NCBI GenBank assembly: GCA_964469335.1
Contig: CAYXYK010000001.1
Location: 78,501-142,500 of the forward strand
DNA from: an uncultured Candidatus Saccharibacteria bacterium
GTDB lineage: Bacteria > Patescibacteriota > Minisyncoccia > Phycocordibacterales > UBA6899
Direction of reading: 5' to 3'
DNA length: 64,000 bases
Shown here: positions 19,952 to 30,400 of the stretch, piece by piece
How positions within the stretch are numbered: the first letter of the stretch is position 1
Layout of the letters: every line of letters begins with the position of its first letter
Notes under the pieces: generated by a model
What the model was told of the DNA's origin: nothing
What the model saw: only the letters and a program-made list of their open reading frames with translations
Databases searched by the model: none
Program-made: the position numbers and the translations under genes

Positions 19952-20575
19952 TCACGAAAGCTGTTTCACGGTGCGATTTTTGTAGAGCGCCCACTGGATG
20001 ACATTGAGCGTGACGCCGATCGAGACGATCACCATCGCCGCCTTAAACAGGAATCCGATGTTGTTCTCCCATTCACTGCCGAGATAGTATCCCGTGAGCC
20101 CGTAGAGGAAGACGTAGGCGATCTCGCCGAAGACGGCGAAGGTGAAGAAAGTGCGGACACTGACCCGCGAGAGTCCGGAGAGGATACTCGTTGCGGGACC
20201 GATCTCGGTGAGGAAGCGCGAGACAAAGATCACCGTCTGCGGGAACTGCCGCATATAGTTCTCGAGTTTCTTGTATGTATTGGTGGTGAGCACCTTCCCG
20301 AGGCCGAGCGAGTGGAACACCCGGGTGCCGTAGCGGCGTGCGAGGAAATACCCGGTTGCGTCCCCTGAGATGTTGGCGACGAATGCGGTCATGAGTACGT
20401 AGGAAATATCGAAATACCCCTGCGACGCGAAACCGCCCGCGGCGACAAGTGTGGTCGAAGCGGGGATCGGCAGCGCGAGCGCGGCGACATAGCCGATCAC
20501 GAACAGCGCGACATATTTATAGAGGAGGAGAAAAGACAACAAATCCCCCAAGATGGACGCCACCCATGCTTCCAT
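19952..20575 (-). CDS. DedA/SNARE-associated family membrane protein
   Basis: Start MEAWVASILGD (cat 20573-20575); VALFVIGYVAALALPIPASTTLVAAG...GYFLARRYGTRVF DedA-type motifs; 1-nt overlap with upstream gene. Confidence 0.65.
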   Translation of the reverse strand: MEAWVASILGDLLSFLLLYKYVALFVIGYVAALALPIPASTTLVAAGGFASQGYFDISYVLMTAFVANISGDATGYFLARRYGTRVFHSLGLGKVLTTNTYKKLENYMRQFPQTVIFVSRFLTEIGPATSILSGLSRVSVRTFFTFAVFGEIAYVFLYGLTGYYLGSEWENNIGFLFKAAMVIVSIGVTLNVIQWALYKNRTVKQLS

Positions 20576-20988
20576 TACAAAGTAGTGGTCGCGGCGGGTA
20601 ATGCGATGAGCACCGAGAGGATGGTCTTGAGCGAAAGGAGATACGGCGCACTCTCGATCCGCTGCTCTTTCGCAGCCGCATCGATGGTGAGGTTCGGATA
20701 CTTCGCATTCGTGATGTAGAGCGACTCCTTGAGGAATTCGGGCGGGAGGTTGAATATCTTGTTCACGAACGCAAAGGTCATCCACGGCTGGAGTCGCTCG
20801 ATATCTGCTTCGGTCGCCTGTCGGGGCGGATGCGGCATGTGCCACGCGCCGCGTCCAGGCAGGAGTCCGCCGCGGTGTAGTCGTCCGTAGTCCGAGAAGA
20901 ACAAAAACGACGACAGTGCCGCCCACGCAAGTGAGATGACGAGAAGTACGATCAGTATCTTATCTTTTTGGTTCTTGAGTTTGTCCAT
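20575..20988 (-). CDS. Hypothetical small membrane protein (translationally coupled to DedA gene)
   Basis: Start MDKLKNQKDKILIVLLVISLAWAALSSFLFF; two TM segments. Confidence 0.4.
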   Translation of the reverse strand: MDKLKNQKDKILIVLLVISLAWAALSSFLFFSDYGRLHRGGLLPGRGAWHMPHPPRQATEADIERLQPWMTFAFVNKIFNLPPEFLKESLYITNAKYPNLTIDAAAKEQRIESAPYLLSLKTILSVLIALPAATTTL

Positions 20989-21108
20989 ATTTAAAAGCCT
21001 AGCACTTCCCTTATAAAACGCGAGTGACACTTTTTCATCGGAAACACACCAAGAAACACGCCGGTTATGCGTGCTTCTTGTATGTTTGGAGGATTCATAG
21101 ATTCACCA

Positions 21109-21714
21109 TTAGACTGCCGGCTGTCCGAGTGCGGTGTGGATCTCCTTCTGGAGCTTCTCCACCTGCACCATCTTGTCAAACAGTTCCTGTGTGAGGACAG
21201 ACTGGTTCGGGAACGAACTCATCGCCGCCTTCCAGGCAGTGTAGTCACCCGCTTCGACTGCAGTGTGTGCTGCTTGGTTGCCGCCGAATCCGTGACCCAT
21301 GCCGCCCTTCCCGCCGGGGGCCTTGAGGCCGAGCGTGCCAAAGATCGTCTTCGCACCTGCCATGTCTCCCGACTTCATGAGTGCATGTGCTTTCACAAGT
21401 TGGTCGAATTGTGCCTGCGTGGTGATCGCGCGAAATGGTGAGTTTGCCGAAAGTTCCTGGAACTTCGCGAAGTCATTCGCAGTGATCGCCGCTTCAGTTG
21501 CCGTACGGTTCGTATCGTTGGCTCCGCCCATCATCCCTCTCATTCCTCCTCGTCCGTGACCCATGCCGCCTTCTTGTGCCGCCGTGGCCGTGATCGAGCT
21601 CCCCGAGGTCGTGCCCGTGACCTGCGCCGCATAGGCCGATGAGATCCCGAATGAAGTGACGAGTAGGAGCGGTAGGGCTATCGCCGTACCTTTAAGTAAT
21701 GTTGATTTTTGCAT
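21109..21714 (-). CDS. Secreted Gly/Met/His-rich periplasmic protein (possible metal-binding, Spy/ZraP-like?)
   Basis: Signal peptide MQKSTLLKGTAIALPLLLVTSFGISSAYA; GGMGHGRGGMRGMMGG and GGKGGMGHGFGG stretches; two internally similar helical segments (ITTQAQFDQLVKAH / VLTQELFDKMVQVEKL). Confidence 0.4.
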   Translation of the reverse strand: MQKSTLLKGTAIALPLLLVTSFGISSAYAAQVTGTTSGSSITATAAQEGGMGHGRGGMRGMMGGANDTNRTATEAAITANDFAKFQELSANSPFRAITTQAQFDQLVKAHALMKSGDMAGAKTIFGTLGLKAPGGKGGMGHGFGGNQAAHTAVEAGDYTAWKAAMSSFPNQSVLTQELFDKMVQVEKLQKEIHTALGQPAV

Positions 21715-21884
21715 AAGTAGTTTCAAGTTAGTTGTTTCGTTCAAGTGTCGCACAAGGTCGTACGCCCTTGTGCTATGTATACGCGAAACTATACGGGAAT
21801 GTTGCATCGATGCGTGGTCTAGTGCACTGTCACGCATCGCCCGAACTCTTGTTATAATGAACACACCAGCTAACGCACCCAACA

Positions 21885-22430
21885 ATGCTCGACAAACGTA
21901 TGCTCATCTCACTCGCGTTCTTCATGCTTGCATGGGGAGCATTCACCATCGAGAACCGCCAAGCGATGGCGATCCACTCGGCGAGACTTGCGGCCTCAGC
22001 CGCGGACGCGATCCCCTCTCCGCCTGATCCGAGCACGACCGGGACGGATGAAGAAGACGAATCAAACTATGCCGCCGAGCTCGCGACCGGAACCATGCCT
22101 ATGGACATGGGAGGACGCCGCATGGGCGACACCCCCGGCAAACAACTTCCGCTGCAAACCCCGGAGAAATTCTCGGGCGTACTCGAGAAAGTCGACACCG
22201 GCTGCTTCGCCGACGGCGAATGCTATGTCGTTGTGAGTGGCAAACACATCACCGTACTATGGGGGTGGACCAATGAGACAGTCGGCAGTGTGAGGAGCGG
22301 CGAAGGCGGCATCGGTGCACTCGAACAGCATATCGGCGCAAAAATTGATGTCTACGCAAACCGCCTCGCGGACGGCTCCTATACCCTCTACGGCTCCCCC
22401 GACTATTACGTCGAACTCCCAAATCGGTAG
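21885..22430 (+). CDS. Hypothetical secreted protein
   Basis: 181-aa ORF with N-terminal hydrophobic segment MLISLAFFMLAWGAF; acidic low-complexity then C-terminal globular part. Confidence 0.4.
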   Translation: MLDKRMLISLAFFMLAWGAFTIENRQAMAIHSARLAASAADAIPSPPDPSTTGTDEEDESNYAAELATGTMPMDMGGRRMGDTPGKQLPLQTPEKFSGVLEKVDTGCFADGECYVVVSGKHITVLWGWTNETVGSVRSGEGGIGALEQHIGAKIDVYANRLADGSYTLYGSPDYYVELPNR

Positions 22431-22434
22431 AACT

Positions 22435-22458
22435 AATAAACCGCTGAAGCGGTTTATT
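22435..22458 (+). terminator. Hairpin terminator
   Basis: AATAAACCGC-tgaa-GCGGTTTATT immediately after stop at 22430. Confidence 0.6.
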
Positions 22459-22541
22459 AGTACATGTTTAATTTTAACACCCCCTAGAACGCGGTTTGAG
22501 ATGCGATTCGAGACGAGTAATGTGCCTAAATTGTGCGTCCT

Positions 22542-23417
22542 CTACTCGATCGGGCAGGTGGTCCGGCCTAGCGCTGCATACAATCCGCACCAGCTGAATG
22601 CTGCTTCAAAGAAACAAAACCCTGCGAAAAATAACAGCCATGCACTCCAACTGGTCGTGATCGCGAGGAGTAGCAACCCAAGCCCGATGAACGCTCGTAT
22701 AGCGCGGTCCTGCTTGCCGATATTCTTGCCTAATACTCTCGGGGTCGTTACTTTCGAACGGGCGGCGAATTTGTGCAGCATGTAGCGATAGGAGAACCCG
22801 AAGATCACGGCGAGTGCGAACATCATGATGACATAGCCTGCACCGAATGGAGAGAGGAAGAAGCTGATCGGAGACCCGCTGAAGAAGTCACGTTTCAATT
22901 GGGGCACCAAGACCAGCGCATTCACGATCTCTTTCGGGCTGAAACTTTCGATCTCACCCACTGCGAGCACATACTTGCTGTCGTTCTGTGCGCTCGATAC
23001 CCAGATATCATACTCGCCCGCTGGCGCTTCGGCTTTATATTCGCCGCTTTGGAGATAGTTGTCGTGCCCGAATTCCTCGAACATAGGCGTCCAAGTTCCG
23101 CTTGTACCGCCGATGAGCGCGAGCGGAAGCGATGCACCCCCGCGTCGGACGATGACCGCGGAGACGTCGGTCTTTTGATAGGCGATATCGGGGACCAGGA
23201 TGTTCGCATAGAGCACAAACGGCTTGTCGCTCGTGATGTGAAAGATGTGCGGCGAGCCCGAGAGCGTGCCGTAATATGCCTTGGAGACTTCCGGAAGTGG
23301 CACCTCAATCGATGGTCTTTCGACGAGGCGCGGTTGGTGTGCGGAAGCAAAGAGCGGAGTGAGGGCCGCGATCATCGCGAGCGCAAAGGCAAAACGACGG
23401 AGGTATGATGTAGACAT
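22542..23417 (-). CDS. Secreted/membrane protein with C-terminal DUF2892-like (YgaP-like) two-helix TM domain
   Basis: Start MSTSYLRRFAFALAMIAALTPLFASA; C-term RAIRAFIGLGLLLLAITTSWSAWLLFFAGFCFFEAAFSWCGLYAALG resembles DUF2892. Confidence 0.4.
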   Translation of the reverse strand: MSTSYLRRFAFALAMIAALTPLFASAHQPRLVERPSIEVPLPEVSKAYYGTLSGSPHIFHITSDKPFVLYANILVPDIAYQKTDVSAVIVRRGGASLPLALIGGTSGTWTPMFEEFGHDNYLQSGEYKAEAPAGEYDIWVSSAQNDSKYVLAVGEIESFSPKEIVNALVLVPQLKRDFFSGSPISFFLSPFGAGYVIMMFALAVIFGFSYRYMLHKFAARSKVTTPRVLGKNIGKQDRAIRAFIGLGLLLLAITTSWSAWLLFFAGFCFFEAAFSWCGLYAALGRTTCPIE

Positions 23418-23533
23418 CGGGACAGTATAGCAGGTTCTCCCTGTACTTCGGATGAAGGAAGATGAAAAAAGAAAATGCGCTCCATACGCACCGCACACCG
23501 TGACAAGAATGAGCGCAGGTGTATCATGTTTCC

Positions 23534-24952
23534 ATGACCTATCAGAAAAAGACCAAAATCGTCGCGACGCTTGGACCTGCGTCTGACGATGTCACAACGC
23601 TCAGGAAGATGATCCGTGCCGGGCTCAATGTCGCTCGCATCAATTGCTCGCATGGCAATCATGAGGAATACGCCGCCCGCATCGAGCGGGTACGTACTGC
23701 TGCAGCCAAGGAAAAAGCGAACATCGCCATTCTCCTCGACCTCGCTGGACCAAAGATCCGCATCGGCGAATTCGGATCGGAAACGGTGACACTCAAGAAG
23801 GGCCACGGCTTTACTCTCACCACCAAGAAGATCGTCGGTGATGAGACCCGCGCAAGCATCAACTACCCTGCCCTCCCTAAGGAAGTGGCTCCAGGCGTTC
23901 ACATCCTCGTCGACGACGGCAAGCTCTCGCTTCGGGTCGTGCGAGTGAAAGGCGACGCAATCGAGACAGTGGTAGAGATCGGCGGTACCATCCGCGCACG
24001 CCGCGGGGTCAACGTCCCCGACGGGAAACTCTCGATCTCGGCGATCACCGCGAAGGACAAGAAAGACATCGACTTCGGTGTCGCAATGGGCGTCGACTTC
24101 TTTGCGCTGTCGTTCGTGCGCCATGAGTCGGACGTCCTCAAGCTACGCAAGATGCTTGAAGAACGAGCTTCCACTGCCGGAATCATCGCGAAGATCGAGA
24201 CACAAGGCGCGATGGAGCGAATCGTCGAGATCATTGCGACAGCACGCGGCGTGATGGTCGCACGCGGCGACCTCGCGGTCGAGATCCCCAAAGAGCATGT
24301 CCCCTTGGCACAGAAGCAGATCATCCGTGCCGCTAACATCGCTGGCAAGACCGTGATCACCGCCACCCAGATGCTCGACTCGATGACCGAACACATGACC
24401 CCAACCCGCGCCGAGATCGGCGACGTCGCCAATGCCATCTTCGACGGCACTGACGCGGTGATGCTCTCGCAGGAGACCGCGATCGGCATCGACCCCGCAC
24501 ATGTGGTCGCGACCATGGCGTCAATAGCGACCCACACCGAGCAGAGTCCTCTCTATCGCGATGAGGTCATGCGCCTCCGCGATCGGGCAAGTGGGATCGT
24601 CGACACCGTCTCTTCTGCGGTCGCACAAAGTGTCGCGAGTACCGGAGCGGTCGCGGTGGTTGCACTCACCGAGTCAGGTTTCACTCCGAGGATGGTCTCG
24701 CGCCACAAGCCCGAGGCACCAATCCTTGCACTCACTCCGATTGCGACCACCTATCGCCAACTCGCACTCACCTACGGTATCTCGGCCGAGATGAGTACCC
24801 GAGTGCGGGACATGAACACCGCCATTACACTCGCAAAGAAGGAGCTCTTGCGCGCCAAGCTTGCACAGAAGGGTGACGTCTTCCTCCTTGTCGCCGGGAT
24901 CCCGTTCGGAAAGCGCGGCGGGACAAACTCACTCACGATCCAAACGCTGTAG
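23534..24952 (+). CDS. pyk: Pyruvate kinase
   Basis: MTYQKKTKIVATLGPASDD...RINCSHGN...; full-length 472 aa; ATG at 23534 (ORF track starts at a GTG 23519). Confidence 0.9.
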   Translation: MTYQKKTKIVATLGPASDDVTTLRKMIRAGLNVARINCSHGNHEEYAARIERVRTAAAKEKANIAILLDLAGPKIRIGEFGSETVTLKKGHGFTLTTKKIVGDETRASINYPALPKEVAPGVHILVDDGKLSLRVVRVKGDAIETVVEIGGTIRARRGVNVPDGKLSISAITAKDKKDIDFGVAMGVDFFALSFVRHESDVLKLRKMLEERASTAGIIAKIETQGAMERIVEIIATARGVMVARGDLAVEIPKEHVPLAQKQIIRAANIAGKTVITATQMLDSMTEHMTPTRAEIGDVANAIFDGTDAVMLSQETAIGIDPAHVVATMASIATHTEQSPLYRDEVMRLRDRASGIVDTVSSAVAQSVASTGAVAVVALTESGFTPRMVSRHKPEAPILALTPIATTYRQLALTYGISAEMSTRVRDMNTAITLAKKELLRAKLAQKGDVFLLVAGIPFGKRGGTNSLTIQTL

Positions 24953-24960
24953 AACAACAC

Positions 24961-24990
24961 AAAAAACACCGCACAATGTGGTGTTTTTTC
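24961..24990. terminator. Bidirectional rho-independent terminator between convergent pyk and DUF1993 genes
   Basis: AAAAAACACC-gcacaatgt-GGTGTTTTTT perfect 10-bp stem with A/T runs both sides. Confidence 0.75.
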
Positions 24991-25013
24991 ATGCCCATTT
25001 CTCGTAACTTGAG

Positions 25014-25529
25014 TTATTTAGGAAGTGAGAGGGGGCCAAGGTAGTCCTTCTTTCCTATCGGCACCCCATAGTGGCGGAGAATATCGTACGCGGTGACGTA
25101 GTGAAAGAAGAAATTCGGCAGTGCAAAGTTGTGGACGTAGTCTTTCGGCAAGAGGGTCTGCTTGAGATCGAAGAAGACCGGGATGCGCTTCCCAGCAAGT
25201 CGTCGCTCGTACTTCTTCACGTCTTCCGGAGTGATCGACTTGAGATACTTGATCACCTGCTTGAGACTCTTCTTGAGCTCAGGCATGCTCTTCTCGTCAT
25301 ATGCGAACTTTGGGACCTCGACTCCGGTGAGATTGCCGGCGACGTCGAGCGCCATGAAATAGGAATACTGCACCTGCTTGGTGAAATTGAACATATCGGC
25401 GTAGAGACGCTTCTTGAGTATCGTCGACGGATTCTGCATGCGCTTCTTGGCATGACGCTCGGCCTTCTCCATGATCTTAAGAAGGTTCACAAGCGAACGG
25501 GTGAACACGGGTATGGTTGCTTCGTACAT
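25014..25529 (-). CDS. DUF1993-family protein
   Basis: MYEATIPVFTRSLVNLLKIMEKAE N-terminus characteristic of DUF1993; terminator hairpin at 25553-25577 overlaps the longer ORF extension, supporting start at 25529. Confidence 0.5.
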   Translation of the reverse strand: MYEATIPVFTRSLVNLLKIMEKAERHAKKRMQNPSTILKKRLYADMFNFTKQVQYSYFMALDVAGNLTGVEVPKFAYDEKSMPELKKSLKQVIKYLKSITPEDVKKYERRLAGKRIPVFFDLKQTLLPKDYVHNFALPNFFFHYVTAYDILRHYGVPIGKKDYLGPLSLPK

Positions 25530-25552
25530 ATACCGATATGGTACCACAAAAC

Positions 25553-25577
25553 AAAACACCCCGAGCGGGGTGTTTTG
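25553..25577 (-). terminator. Hairpin terminator for the upstream Ala-rich protein gene
   Basis: AAAACACCCCG-agc-GGGGTGTTTTG. Confidence 0.6.
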
Positions 25578-25745
25578 TTCTTTCTGAAACTTTCCAGAAA
25601 ACTTTCACAAAGTGGATGAGGCTTAGGGACGTTCAGAAATTAGTAAAATTCGCGGCGCGGAGAAGTAATGAGGGAGACGTACTCGAAGTACGTTGACCGA
25701 ATTACTGAGGCTCCGCAACAAAGAATTTTGCAATTTATGAATGCC

Positions 25746-26561
25746 CTATTTTACGTTCTCTTTGAGATTCCACGAACCCTTCAACTCCGACTTCGCCTTC
25801 TCGACTGCAGCCTTGAAGTCAGCGACTGCCTTCTCGACATCAGCCTTCCTAGCTGCGGCGAGCGGGGTGACCGTATCCTTCCTGCCTTCGAGCGACTTCA
25901 CTGACGCCTTAAGTGCATCCTGTGCGGCTTTCATCGAAGCCATGAATGCGACACGCACATCGGACGGGGTCTTTCCTCCGGCACAGTCCGCCTTTGCGGT
26001 TGCGATAGCCGCCTCGCGAGCGGTCTTGAATGCGGCGACTGCTGCATCGACTGCTGCCTGGCGGTCAACGATCGCCTTGTCGAGCGCAGCACGATAATCC
26101 GCGACTGCTTTGTCGACCGCAGTGCGGCGAGCCGCGACGGCGGCATCTACAGCACTCTTGAATGCAGCGACTGCTGCCTTCTGTTCGGTAGTGGTCGCCT
26201 TCTCATCAAGCTTCGCAAACATCGCGGTGCGATTGGTGTCCCAGGTATCGCGATGATCCTCGCGAGTGGTGTCACGATTGCCCTGACGGGTATCGATCTT
26301 GCCCTGTCGTTCAGTACGTTTCTCGCCCAGTTTACCTTCACGCTCACCGACCTTCTGCTCAAGCTTTGCGATATTCGCATCGAGACGAGTACAGAAATTC
26401 TCGGTCGCACGCGGTGTGCCCGATGCCATGCGAGGAGTATTGCTTGCGCGTTGCTCTCTTGCTTCCATCAATGCGCCGCGCTCTACCGCGAATGAGAGAG
26501 ACGGGAGCATGAGTCCGAGAAGAAGTGCTCCTGCGATATATTTAGAATGTCGTTGCATCAT
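25746..26561 (-). CDS. Secreted Ala-rich coiled-coil protein
   Basis: Signal peptide MMQRHSKYIAGALLLGLMLPSLSFA; A/K/E/D-rich heptad-like repeats (AAVAAFKSAVDAAVAARRTAVDKAVADYRAALDKAIVD). Confidence 0.45.
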   Translation of the reverse strand: MMQRHSKYIAGALLLGLMLPSLSFAVERGALMEAREQRASNTPRMASGTPRATENFCTRLDANIAKLEQKVGEREGKLGEKRTERQGKIDTRQGNRDTTREDHRDTWDTNRTAMFAKLDEKATTTEQKAAVAAFKSAVDAAVAARRTAVDKAVADYRAALDKAIVDRQAAVDAAVAAFKTAREAAIATAKADCAGGKTPSDVRVAFMASMKAAQDALKASVKSLEGRKDTVTPLAAARKADVEKAVADFKAAVEKAKSELKGSWNLKENVK

Positions 26562-26901
26562 AGGAAGCGCTTAGGGCTGTTAAATCGGCGTCACCGCCAG
26601 TCGCTGCTGCGGCATCCGCTGCTGCGGCGCTCATCATCGCTGCGTCACCGTCACCTTCGGCACCGATAGTACCGACAATGTCTTCGATCGGGTCTCCTGT
26701 CGAGACGACTGCGGCGGTCTGGGTCTTGGCGGTCATAGCCTCACCTTGCGCGGGAGCATTCTGACTTGCCGCATTCTGATTCGCGATCTGCTGACCTTCT
26801 GCGGCCATTTCTTTGTTCCCCATATTCACGGTGGCGACCCCTGCAACGGCAAGGACAGCAACGGCGACGATGGCGAACGGGAGTGTAAATCTCCAATTCA
26901 T
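26542..26901 (-). CDS. Small secreted Ala-rich protein (overlaps downstream gene by 20 nt)
   Basis: MNWRFTLPFAIVAVAVLAVAGVATVNMG signal/anchor; 119 aa. Confidence 0.4.
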   Translation of the reverse strand: MNWRFTLPFAIVAVAVLAVAGVATVNMGNKEMAAEGQQIANQNAASQNAPAQGEAMTAKTQTAAVVSTGDPIEDIVGTIGAEGDGDAAMMSAAAADAAAATGGDADLTALSASYDATTF

Positions 26902-27050
26902 AGATATAATTTACTAACTGATAACGTACAAAACGAGCCTTTCGGCCACTCAGAGTATTATAACACTTTCCTGCACTACACGAGGCTCCGCTCTCCCCCA
27001 TAGCACAGCACCGCCGTTTGGCGGTGCTGTGCGACAGATTACGGTGCGTA

Positions 27051-27449
27051 CTACTTCCCTTTTAGTTTATAGGATTTGTATGCGATGAGGACAAGAGAGA
27101 TGGCGACATAGAGAACAACCATCCCAATCGCAACTGTTCCCTTTTCAATCTTTATATAATCAGCTCCTGAACTTGGTGCAGCAGCGATGGCTACGAAGTA
27201 ACCAACAAGATACATAAGGGTGAAACTTCTCCACACATTACTAGCTTCATTTTTGAGAAATACAGCAAGTACAGACAGAGGAAACACGGCAATTGAAATC
27301 AATGTAAGTAGTTTGGCTAGTTTAAATACACCACTACAAGTACTTGCTACTAAACAGAACTGGTGAGTTAAGTAGTTTGTTTGGAGTAGGAAAAATAATA
27401 GAAGAGCTAAGAATGAGGTCACGACCGTAATTTTTTTCTGCATATGCAT
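27051..27449 (-). CDS. Small integral membrane protein
   Basis: 132 aa, 4 predicted TM helices. Confidence 0.4.
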   Translation of the reverse strand: MHMQKKITVVTSFLALLLFFLLQTNYLTHQFCLVASTCSGVFKLAKLLTLISIAVFPLSVLAVFLKNEASNVWRSFTLMYLVGYFVAIAAAPSSGADYIKIEKGTVAIGMVVLYVAISLVLIAYKSYKLKGK

Positions 27450-27468
27450 AATTATATCATCCTCCTAA

Positions 27469-30400
27469 TTACCAGCTATAGCCAACCGCACCCTTGTTTG
27501 TCGTTAATTTCACAACTTTCAGTCCAGCAAATACTTGGGTTTGAATAGGCAGACTCTTCTTGAGCACAATTATGGTCGTTTTGTTCTTGATCTTTTCATA
27601 AGTGGCCTGAATCAAATAGGTGCCGTCGACAGCAATAGTCTGCGAGAGTAGTGTCATAGGTATTTTGTTGTCCCAAATATAGAGGAATGAGGATGACGGA
27701 ATTGTCATCTTCGGCTGCGAATCATACTGCACCCCGGTAAGTTTTGCGTAAGTAAGCTGCTTGCCGCTATAGGTTTTCGTGAAGAAGAGCTTGGTAGTGT
27801 GCCCTGCTTGATCAGTGAGGATGACATTTCCAATGCTGTCTTTTAAGACAGTTGTGGTGCCGAGGTTTTCGACCCCTACAACGAGGATGTCTTGGGTCGA
27901 AGTACTGATCGAGATAGATGCTTCGGGTGCAGTCTTGTCGATCTTAAACAGAAGCGTATTCGTTGCTTCACTATTCCCTGCCTTGTCGACTGAATAATAG
28001 AGGACGGTGGTCGTGCCTTCTATGGTAGTGCTGAATGGTGAGGTATATGTGGTCCATGATGCTCCACTGTCGAGCGAGTACGTGGTCGATGCAACTCCGC
28101 TCTCTGTGTCTGTTGCAGTGAGAGATACGATTGCGTTGCTAGTGTACCAGCCGTTGGTGCCAAGGATGCCTGTAGTTGAGGCAGTGGTGGTGGGAGGAGT
28201 GAAGTCTGGAGCAGTAAACAGCACAATTTCTCCTGCCTTCGCTGTGAGAGCAGCGTCAATGACATTGTCATCGTTGAAGTCAATAAAGAGTTTGGTTGAT
28301 GTTCCAATTTCTTCACCTGAATGCCAATCTAAGGATGCTTTAGTGGTGCTAGTTGTCGGAATTCCCATGAATGAAGTCGACGCGATTACATTATCGCCAT
28401 CAAGCTCTTCGATATCGAGAGTGAATGAACCAGATCCGTAAGCATCTAATTTCATTGTGTGTGAAATTGATGCATCTACTAAAATAATTTTGCTGTCACC
28501 AATTTCATAGTAGGAGCTTCCTTTCACTCCTAGTTCGACCAGCCCAGTTGTTGTCGAAACCCCTGTATGATGCCCCTTGGAATCATAGATGCTAAGACTA
28601 AGAGGCGAATGGACTTCGTATTTTACTGGTTTCTGGACCGTCGATAATCCAAAGATGCTGTCTGTTATGTAGTCATTCACCTGAGGTGCCCCAATGACGA
28701 CAGTTTTAAGAAAGCCCGAAAGAGCCGTCACCTCAAAAATGTCCTTATGGTTTCGATTAATAATATTGTCATCATCATATTTTGCTAAATCCAACCAGAA
28801 TTGATGGGTCGTTGAAGATACCGCAATTTGATGTGCGCTACGGCGCATCACTGTTCCATCTCCATCTATCCCCAACTTGTTACTAATTTTGTAGCTATCT
28901 TCATAATATGCACAGCTTGCTGCCTGAGGTGCCCCTGGTTGAACAGGGATTGTAGTAGTACTTACAACACAAATCTTGTTTGGCTCATACCTTAGTCCCA
29001 TCGAGGTATACAACCCCCATCCTGCTATCTCATATACTTCTGTCGAAGTTGCAGGGGTCCAGTTATCCAGCACTGCATGGATGTCGTGAGCAGCAGCGAG
29101 TTGCCCAGCATTAGCTATTTGGGCATGAAGTAAGTCTGCATAACTCGGGGCAGTGCGACCATCACCGCCATTGAGATAGTCGTGCAATCCGGCTATCGTA
29201 TCAATCGAAGTACCATACTTCCCAAAGGATGAAGTTGCCGAAAATCCTCTGAACTCAATTAGTGGGATGCCCGAACCGACATACTTTTCAGTCGGCACCT
29301 GTGCATACGCAAAAGGCATATTATGGACGAGGTCTCGTACTCGACTAGCAGCGATAACCAGTCCTCCTGGTCCGATGTCAGAACCGTGAAGTAAGCTGCC
29401 AATAACTTCAGGCGTACCTGATTGTGGCACCGCAACGAATATGACCTTATCGATTCGTTCATACAATGGATCGTGTGTGTCTTTCAGTTTCTGTATCAAT
29501 GCTTTTGTAACCAACCCTCCATTTGAATGGGCTATTATGGTGACCTTCTTAGTCTTTGAAGAATCTGAGAGTTCATTGAGTTTTTTATAAATGAATGCAC
29601 TCTGAAATCCTTGACTTGCACTGTATGAAAGCTGCCCTGTACTGCTGGATCCATTCTGGAGGATATCTTCAAGTGAGAGTCTCCAATCATACGGAACGAG
29701 TGCGTAATCGTTAATAGTTCCATCACTTTTCCAGCCCGCTAAATCACTCATGAATGACTGGTATATATTTGAACTATATGTGTCGTCAACGACCCCCAGA
29801 GGACCTTCTTTCGTGTAAAGTGGATAGACGCTCTTTCCTTGTGAATCCAGAGCGAGATGCGCATGGTCGCAATCAAACATCGACACCCAGCGCTCTTTTT
29901 CATTATTTAGAACTCCGCAATCTGAACTTTGTTCAAATAAACGACTGCCCATTATTCCTGGCAGGAACAGTACATTAGAATAGCACTCGGTCACGCATCC
30001 AAGTCCGGTCCACGGGTCGAAAATCACATTCCCCTGCGAGATTGCGCCGGTACCCGTTGGGTTCGCTGGATTGGTCGGGCCGGATGCGGAACCCCAAAAG
30101 TTGTTTCGCGCATCAACCTGATCGGTGGGACTGACGTTGTAGACGCCGTAGGTAGTATTGTTGAAAGAAGACCCCGAAACAGTGAGTGTGCCGCTGTGAA
30201 AATAGACCGCGATGGCAGTAGTCGCGAATTTCGTACCGGTGATCGTCTGTGCTCCTCCTGCATAGAACTCGGTCGCGACCGGAGAGTCATGGAAAAAAGA
30301 GTTGCTGACTGTCGTCGTTCCGGTGTAGAGCTGTCGATAGCTTGCATTGCCATATGCATAAGAGATATCGGCGTCATCGAAGATGACTTCCCCACCTTGA

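Noticed and set aside
22315-22785. 156-aa + strand ORF
   Set aside because: Overlaps the better-supported minus-strand DUF2892-like gene and a terminator; low-complexity sequence.
23372-24537. Minus-strand ORFs 23372-24124 and 23899-24537 overlapping pyruvate kinase
   Set aside because: Antisense to a full-length pyk with strong homology.
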